A stretch of 64,000 nt of DNA from NCBI GenBank assembly GCA_965285935.1, contig OZ260666.1:51088001-51152000 (forward strand). Reading direction: 5' to 3'. Both the position numbers and the translations under genes were made by a program. The DNA comes from Ophelia neglecta. Its lineage: Eukaryota. Positions 55,910 to 64,000 of this stretch are shown piece after piece (position 1 is the first letter of the stretch; every line of letters begins with the position of its first letter). The notes under the pieces are model-generated. The model was not told the origin of the DNA. It saw nothing but the letters and a program-made list of their open reading frames with translations, and did not search any database.

Positions 55910-58900
55910 CTACGGAATACACACATTTTCTGCCCTGTTCAACATCTCCAGAATCAGAGGTGGCAGTTCCTGGTCAGTTTCCATTCTCAAATGTAGAACT
56001 CTCTCTGCACCTAAAACAACCAATTAAACTTGTTATCTAAAATACAAAATCAACTCAGAGCGGGCCCACTTTAAACCTCCCCAGCACATCATTACAAAAT
56101 TAGTATGCCTTCTTGGTAGCACAGTTCTCATTTGTAGGCCTACTCACCAGGCCAAATAATAAATTATTCAATAATGAAGAATTAGTGAAACAGAAGAAGA
56201 AAAACATAACTTGACAGATCAGAATATATTATAGGAACCACTAATATTAACCTTTGACACTAATACTCCTCAAATCAGTCAGTTTAAATAACATTTTGGC
56301 AAAGCTATGCGGCTGGGACACTCTTCGTTGTCGTACATAGTGCTTGAAAGCCTCGAGGATTGGCTCCTGGAGTTTCTCCACCTTCCCTGGCTCCTCCAGT
56401 CCAGATCGGTCTAAGTAGTACAAACAAATACGGGCAAATTAACAGGCAAACTATTACATACTTACTGGTCATTTATATCAATAGTGAGTACCTCTGACAG
56501 TAAAGATAATGACCAACATAGCTTAAATATAATTATTAAATCATACAATACTAAAGGTTTTAATACAAACTCTTACTGACCAGCAAAACAAGTTATACAT
56601 TTGATTTATTTGCTTATTTTTTGCTTATTATTATTTTTCCACATTTTATTAAAGGTGTTTAACCAATACATGATTTCTGACTAGCAGCTGAGAGTATTCT
56701 ATTCCCAGGTAGCAGTGAAAAGAGATTTTGCATTACCTCCGCTAACCAGGCATATCGCAGATAAAAGGGCATATTCACTGTCATCAACTTCCATTTGGTG
56801 TAGAGATTTTGCAAATCTAAAAATAGTATCTGTGAGGGTGCCAAAACCCCCGACTTCCAACTGTTTTCTGGTGAGTGTCAAGCCACTGCTGAAGGTCATT
56901 GTTTCTTCTTCATCATCATTGGTGGCATTGTAGCGTATACCTAGACGCAATACCTAGATTTGGGAAGAAAACACAAAATAAGCCAGAAGTAATGGGTGCT
57001 TACTCATTTCTCTAGGAACTCATTTACATATGCTGTTTTTCTCCTTTGTGTCTTATGCAAATTCAGAGAAAATTCCCAACCCAAATCTATTTTAAGGTAT
57101 GCTGCCAATTGGCCTACAAATTAAAGTAGGTAAGGATGTGAATCTTCGGCAGTCATTACTGAAATAACCACCCTCTGCTTATTGTAATCAGGCCCTAGTA
57201 CATACGCTTGGTTGTATCAGTAACGATAGCAGTCAAGCCATAATAAAATCACCTGGTTGTATCAGTAATGATAGCAGTCAGGCCATAGTACATACGCTTG
57301 GTTGTATCAGAAATGATAGCAGTCAAGTCATAGTAAAAGCACTTGGTTGTATCAGTAATGATAGCAGTCAGGCCATAGTACAAGCACCTGGTTGTATCAG
57401 AAATGATAGCAGTCAAGTCATAGTACAAGCACTTGGTTGTATCAGTAATGATAGCAGTCAGGCCATAGTACAAGCACTCGGATGTATCAGAAATGAAAGC
57501 AGTCAGGCCATAGTACAAGCACCTGGTTGTATCAGAAATGAAAGCAGTCAGGCCGTAGTACAAGCACTTGGTTGTATCAGAAATGATAGCAGTCAAGCCA
57601 TAGTACAAGCACTTGGTTGTATCAGTAATGATAGCAGTCAGGACATAGTACAAGCACCTGGTTGTATCAGAAATGATAGCAGTCAGGCCATAGTAAATAC
57701 AGTAGTTTGTATCAGTAATGATAGTCTATGATATAAAGGAGCATACACAAACAACATCACACTCACTGTATGGAAAGTAGTTAACTGAGTGCTGGATTTT
57801 ACAACTTACCAGTATTTCCAGGCAGGCTGCTTTGAGCAAAGTAATTTGATCAGAAGTGGTTAGAGTCCCAAAGCCAGGCATTTGTTTACCAAAATTGACA
57901 ATTCTTATGATTCCAGCAGTAGAAAGTTCATTGACTCTCTCCCACAGAAGAACATTGCCTTTTTGTAACTCCTCTTCAGTCTGCAAAAATGGTTTTAATG
58001 GCAATGAAAAAACTATACAGTGCAAGCCCCTCACTCACCTCCCCACCTATGTAAAGGATAGTAAACATGTCTGTTGGACAGTCCACTCCAAACAGTCTAA
58101 ATTAAAGTATAAGCACAAAAATGTCAAAAAAACTAACACTTGCAATGTCTATAAAAGCAAAGAAAGAAAAAATTGTGTTCACACAAAATAACCTTCCCCC
58201 CTCACCCCCTTGCACATCAATATCTTAATAGACCACTGATAAATACCCCTTGGGGACTGGTTTTAATTTCATTAAAAATGGGAAGGAAAGAGAAGATCTA
58301 GGAAATTAGGCTCTCATCCTGAATAAGAAACTAAATAGAGAGAGAGAGAGAGGGCACTGACCAATTTGAACTTGTCATCATCTCCAATGAGTGGACTTGT
58401 CTCCTCATGGGCCTTCACCACTTTGTCTATGATCTCCTGGTCTTGACTGGTCAACTCCTCACAGGACTGGGATGAAGAACAGCCCTCCTCCTTCTGTTTA
58501 CGCTTCTTATTTCGGTCATTTCTAACGGCTGTTTTAAAGTTGAAAGTAAGCACCATGAACCAGTTTGTTTCAACAACAAAAAATGATATGCAGAAATTTG
58601 GATGCCAGACAACAGATGATGCCATTCACAAAAAATGTTGACCCCCTTCTACATGACATCATTATAGCTCTGAATCAGAATATCATTTACATTAGACAGT
58701 GGTGGTGGGGGTGAACAGTACAGATCAAGTTGCCTTTCACTCCCCCCATTTTAAAATCAAATAGCTTCAACCTATAGAGAGAACCATGTTCATATAGTAT
58801 CAGATTAATTATTTTCATAAATGGTAATAATAAGGCCACACTTTATATCTAAACCTGGGAATAATTAGTGCTTACATCTTAAAAACTGATATAAACCAAA

Positions 58901-60295
58901 TGCAGCATAACCATGCTGTTGAATTAAGGAAATTAAACTTGTGGGTTATCTTACCTTCTTTTGACATGCCCTGGGCAAAGCATTTCTGCAGACGACAATA
59001 TTGACACCGGTTTCTTGTAGTTTTATTAATCACACAACATTTCTCTTTATGGCAAGTATACTGCATATTCTTTTGAACACTTCTACGGAAAAAGCCCTAA
59101 AATTGAATATATTCATTTTATAAATCACATGAATGTTGTCAAACCTCTCATGCCATTTTCAATAATAATTAAATGAAAATCAAAGCCTCAGCAATATGAC
59201 ACATATCTAAATCCCCTGAAGACGGGAAGTGAGGACAGGAGTAAATGGACCAGCCCTGCTCACCTTGCAGCCCTCACAGGAGCTGACCCCGTAGTGGTAA
59301 CCCGAGGACTTGTCATTGCACACCACACAGGGCTTGTAGCTACGAGGTGGGGGAGGGGGCGATGGACTCAGGTCTCCAATGGTGGTGGAGCTCTGTAACT
59401 CAGACTGGTAACCTCCGGAAGGGAAGTTAAACATCATATCTGAATAAAAAAAAGGTGAGAGGCCAAAACCAACATTAACACCAAAAGTTGAAATAATTTA
59501 AAATACAATTAAACTGGAGTACCTGTTTTTTCTTGTTCCAAATCTAAATGATTTATTTGGGATAAATAGTTTAAACTTGGTTTTTTCACAGTAAGTAATG
59601 ATTGGGAGATGAAAATTCGGGCTTGTGTATGAACAGTTTATGAACAGGCACGTAACTAATCTGGGACTTACGATGGTTAATTCCCATGTTTGTATTGTAC
59701 ATCACAGTTTTGTGGTGGTCAGTGCTGCCATTTGGGGAGAACTGATGGTAGCCCGATGCCTCTATCTTGGTCACTCCTGGAGCCTCCATCCGATCATTTT
59801 TAATTGAGTTTGGCAGCTCAGTTTTAATGGGCGACCCATTGGTGCTTCCTGACATTAACATATTCCGCCAAAACCCTGTAATATGACAAACATTTTATAT
59901 AAGCCGATGGTTGGTTTGAATCTCATCAAAATTTGAAATCTACAGAAATAAAAAATCTCAAATCCACAGAGATGTAAAGAGTGTACTGACTTTGATTTCC
60001 ATAATTTTGAACAACAATATCTTTAAATGTTTTTGAAAAAGATAGTAATGATCCACACCAATAACTTTTCAGTTGTGCAAGAAATGGTTCACAAGATATC
60101 CTTGGGCTATAAGTTTGCAGTGACCATTTTCTCTAGCGCAGATGGTTAAAAGTAGAAATAAGGGAACATAGCTAGTGACTAAGAGATGAGAAACTGACCT
60201 GAAGCCACGTCAGTGGTGGGCGATCGAAGCTGAGTGGTAGGAGCCATTTTCTTGTCGCCGTTTTCTGTGGTGTTGATCAACTGCTGGTGGAACAT
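55910..60295 (-). CDS. RAR: Retinoic acid receptor (NR1B), about 477 aa
   Basis: Exons 60295-60199, 59875-59672, 59439-59264, 59096-58955, 58528-58362, 57980-57810, 56953-56737, 56410-56252 and 56010-55910 (1434 nt). [47 protein letters not shown]-box [41 protein letters not shown]-2 PPLILEML. An in-frame TGA lies upstream of the ATG within the first exon. Confidence 0.95.
57188..57726. repeat. 45-nt minisatellite, about 12 copies, in RAR LBD intron
   Basis: Unit GGTTGTATCAG(T/A)AATGATAGCAGTCA(G/A)GCCATAGTACAAGCAC(T/C)T; period 45 (57211, 57256, 57301...). Confidence 0.95.
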
Positions 60296-60297
60296 GT

Positions 60298-60312
60298 TTA
60301 TCTGATATCCAT
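60298..60312 (-). promoter_or_regulatory. uORF (MDIR*) ending 2 nt before the RAR ATG
   Basis: ATG GAT ATC AGA TAA-AC-ATG within exon 60334-60199. Confidence 0.55.
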
Positions 60313-62149
60313 GAGGAAATAGACCTCAGCAGCACTGAAAATGTAAGAAACCCTTAACAACTGGACAATATAAACCTATGGATCTGACCCGCAGCACACG
60401 TGAGGGCTGGGTGCTGTGGGTTGGTGGTTGGAAATACAAGAGAAACACCCAGAAGGCATCAAATTTCAAAGATTCAAAGAAAAAAGTTTAAGAAATAATG
60501 AATTTCTTTGCATTTGAATAGCTATTATGTAAAACAAGGCAATTAGAGAAGTAAAACCCACCTTTTAAAAAGTATAATAAATGTGTCTGTCATAAAGTTA
60601 TCTCCTGAGAACACATGTATAAATAAAGTACGAACTTAAAGAGACCCTTCTTTAACACCACTAGAAATGTCCAGAAATGCAAAAGAAAGTGAACTTATTT
60701 TTAATACAAAAACTATAACAGGCCAAATAAAGCATAACCCCTGAAAAAATCAGTATAGCCCTCATGATCAGCAAGCCCGGAGGACACCACAAATCACAGG
60801 CACTTTTTTAATTAATGTGCCAAAATAATAATGACGATCTCTAATTTTAATAAATCAAAATTATATGATTCGTGTACTTACACAAAGATATGTGCAGATC
60901 ATTCCATTCTGTCTTTTTTACCGCTTATCACATCATGGTTTTTCTGTCATCATCCTGCAGAAAAATATATATCTTGTTAAAAATTGCAGAACATTAACAA
61001 GATATTTCCAAGGCACCAAACTAAGGGTCAGTGCTGGAAAATAATGTTGACGTTTTTTTTCTGAGTTTTGCATTATGCTTTTAAAATGGATGAGATTTAT
61101 TTGCAACTGACAGGTCCGAATGTTATAAACAAGAACAACAGTCGAGGTACATAAAGACTAATACAATTTAATTAGACATTTTATATTGATGGTTCATGCA
61201 GTGGTATATATTTGGGAAAACTGCTTGTCAGATCTACGTGACAAGTATCTGTGGGAATATTTTAAATGCAGACAAAGTTATGTTTGAATCTGAGAAAAGA
61301 CAGTAATGCCTAGTTCTGATGTTCTAGGGTCTGATGTAACTTTTAAAACCTACTTGCCCGAAACTTTCAGCTTTGTTCAGATAAGACACATGTAAATGGA
61401 GCTGAAATTCACTTTCCCAGTCAGTTGGGCATTGGCTTACATCACATCCTGTGTTTGGTGCAAGTCAACTCACTGCCCAAGGACTAATTAATTTAAAATC
61501 TCCCAATGTGCATCAATGAGCAATAACTCTGGAATACTTAAGTACAGGTGATCTCACCATACGCAGACCCCAATATATATGTGATGTGTGTATCAGAGCC
61601 AGGGGACTGATGTAGGGTATAACCAATAGCCTGAACACTGCCAGCATGACCTGCTTTCATGATGTTATGTAATACCTCAAGTCTTACACACTTGGTCAAT
61701 GCAAAATTGATATCCTGCCAAGTTAATCTGCTGGTGACATTTATACCACAAAGTACTTGCATTGTTTCTGCAGCATTTCTGAACCCATAAACCAGATTTG
61801 TAAGCATAAATTGTATCCCAATAAGTTCTTTCTCAACAGCTACAAATATGTTACATAAATTTAGTAACTTTAAGATGCTTAACACAGATCAGCCGGTGGA
61901 GCTTTCAGATTTCAGACCCAGGGGCTATTAATGAGCATAACCAAAAGGTGAACAAATCTATATCCAAATAGCCTGATATTTGGAAATCATGTTACATACA
62001 TATATGTAAATTGTGTTAAGAATAGTAATGATATAAGTAGGTGAGTTACTAGGTAAGTTATATCTGTTCAGAAGACTATGGACAGCAACAAGGACATGGT
62101 AAGCATGTCATGACTAGATAGTGGAGGACTGTATGTTGGGTGACATAAA

Positions 62150-62161
62150 GGGTCATGACCC
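62150..62161. promoter_or_regulatory. IR0 (TREpal-like) nuclear receptor element GGGTCA-TGACCC
   Basis: Perfect 12-bp palindrome of RGGTCA half-sites, 1.85 kb 5' of the RAR ATG. Confidence 0.4.
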
Positions 62162-62550
62162 CTGGCTAGTTGGAGAATTCCTATTAGGTAATTCTTACAC
62201 CAGATGGATGACTGTGGTTGAAAATCCCCTACATCAACAACCTGTAGCTACAAGTCACTGCCAAAATGGAGTTAGTGGCCCAATCGAAATATCATGGTTT
62301 GCTAATGTCAGGTGCATTTGAACAGAGCTATGGTCATTGTAGCTTGGTGTTAATACATCCATACACATCCCAGGACAAACACAAATCCCATCAGGTCAAG
62401 AGCAAGCTTGCAGCGTTACAAAATTATTGGCTAACAATGGAAAAAACTCAACAAAATTCAATGGTCTCACTTTTAGAACTATTTACTACTGAAAAGTTAC
62501 AGTCCTCCCCCCCCCCCCCACACACACACACACACTTCAACCCTAAACAG

Positions 62551-62597
62551 AGGTCATAGCAAGGTCAAGTCAGGCCATCTGACCTATGAAGTGACCT
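62551..62597 (+). promoter_or_regulatory. DR5 RARE (AGGTCA-TAGCA-AGGTCA, 62551-62567) in a half-site cluster 5' of the RAR coding exons
   Basis: Followed by AGGCCA (62572), TGACCT (62580) and TGACCT (62592); further half-sites at 62393, 62643 and 62669. Confidence 0.55.
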
Positions 62598-64000
62598 TGA
62601 ACAGGCCACTGACATGAAAGGGAGGAAAAGGGTTGTCACATATGACCTTATTTGAAATCGGTAGTGCTGGGTCAAGACAAGCACCTGAAAGCAAGTCTGA
62701 TCCCTTTGGAAGTAAACACAGAGGCAGGAAGTGATCAAGCCATTAAGATGCAGGTGTTTATAGGAATACTACCCCAGATAGCACAAAGCCTTGGCCCAAC
62801 ATTTGGCCAGCATGGGACAGTGCTACCTTGGAAGCGGGTGACCGAGGAACACCTGAGAGTCGGTGCCCAGACATGTAGCATTCCATAACCACTAGGGAGT
62901 GTCAAGTTGTGGTATATTGGGACTTTTTTTGTGAGCACACAACAACAGATTTGATTTGGATGTACCTAGTCTAGCTGTATCACTTCTGAATTATTCGATA
63001 CATGTATGTTCAGCTTAACTGTGTCACTTCTGAATTATTAGATACGTGTCTCTTACTTGGAATGCCACAGACTCGATTCCTGTGGCCCTAGAAGACTCAA
63101 CTTTTGGAGCATCTGAACCAGTATATATATACAACTAAATCAGAATAAGTATTCTGTCACAGTCTCAGGGATTAGGTTTGATAAAAACTTTGTGCTCTAG
63201 AAACAAACAGGCCAATTTGGTTTTTTTCTTGACCAGTCAAAGAGGGATGATATATGGGATGTTAGAATCACAGCTTTCCCATTTTCGTCGGGTTGGCAGT
63301 TAAATGTCCGGTGCCGGAGACGATACCACAGAAAACGTGAAGAGTTTAGCCAAAAGCTATTCTAATTTATAGTAGAAAGGCTGTAGTTTTCAGACAGTCA
63401 GATGTTTGAGTAGTCATGAAGCCGGTAAACATTTGGCAAACCATAATTTGCTTCCTTCATGCACATCTGAATACATGTATCATGTTCATTCACTATATGC
63501 ATGTCAAAATTCAATGAAGTCCATCTATTGAGGAGCTGCTATTGCAAGTTACTGGACATACAGATAGATTCCTATATATCTCCTATATTCTTTGCATGGA
63601 GGGGGAGGGGAAATTACGGGTGATAATGGTTCTAGCCTCTGTTCTTTGTGCCAACCCCAAAAAATCACCTAAAACAATGATTCAGCTTGTTCATAAACCT
63701 AACATTCATGTGATTTAATGTGGCTTAATATAAATTTACATTAAAGTACATGTTCCAATTAAAGTATGATTTTTATGAAGGGTTTAATTACTACAGGTAA
63801 CTGCCCTTGAGACAGACCTATAAGCATGGCCACAGGGCAGGCAGACAGGCTGTAATTGCTGATCACTGTACAGGCACCTAGCACTAATGAGTGTCACCAT
63901 TATATTCCCATTTCGAATATGCACACAATACCAGGGGATGTTTTAATGTTTGAAATGACAGCCTTAGCAGAATGGGGAGAGAAGTGTGTAAAGGACAATA

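Noticed and set aside
57188-57726. CRISPR-like array
   Set aside because: Eukaryotic context, contiguous units with no unique spacers, and no cas genes.

Overview
Gene-dense, AT-rich metazoan genomic DNA with spliceosomal introns. It is most likely lophotrochozoan and probably a mollusc, judged from the RAR ligand-pocket residues and the repeat types. Eight protein-coding genes were assembled by hand from splice sites and reading frames: La/SSB (minus, runs off the left edge), prohibitin PHB1 (plus, head-to-head with La), a Golgi carbohydrate sulfotransferase (plus), RPS26 (plus), CWC22 (minus, 19 coding exons), a complete beta-tubulin gene nested antisense in an 11.5-kb CWC22 intron, CDC6 (plus, head-to-head with CWC22) and a retinoic acid receptor RAR (minus, tail-to-tail with CDC6). 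Highlights: (1) a cluster of nuclear-receptor half-sites, including a perfect DR5 RARE and an IR0 palindrome, about 2 kb 5' of an RAR whose pocket carries substitutions typical of RA-unresponsive molluscan RARs; (2) CDC6-RAR adjacency, with six genes whose human orthologues lie in Hox-bearing paralogon regions; (3) a U12-type minor intron in La and an N-terminal La repeat built from SUMO/PDSM motifs; (4) an intronic H/ACA snoRNA in RPS26 predicted to guide 18S Psi822; (5) several structured intronic and 3'UTR elements, uORFs, tandem repeats and MITE/HINE relics. No database searches were possible. Identifications rest on recalled protein motifs and on visual inspection of the sequence.
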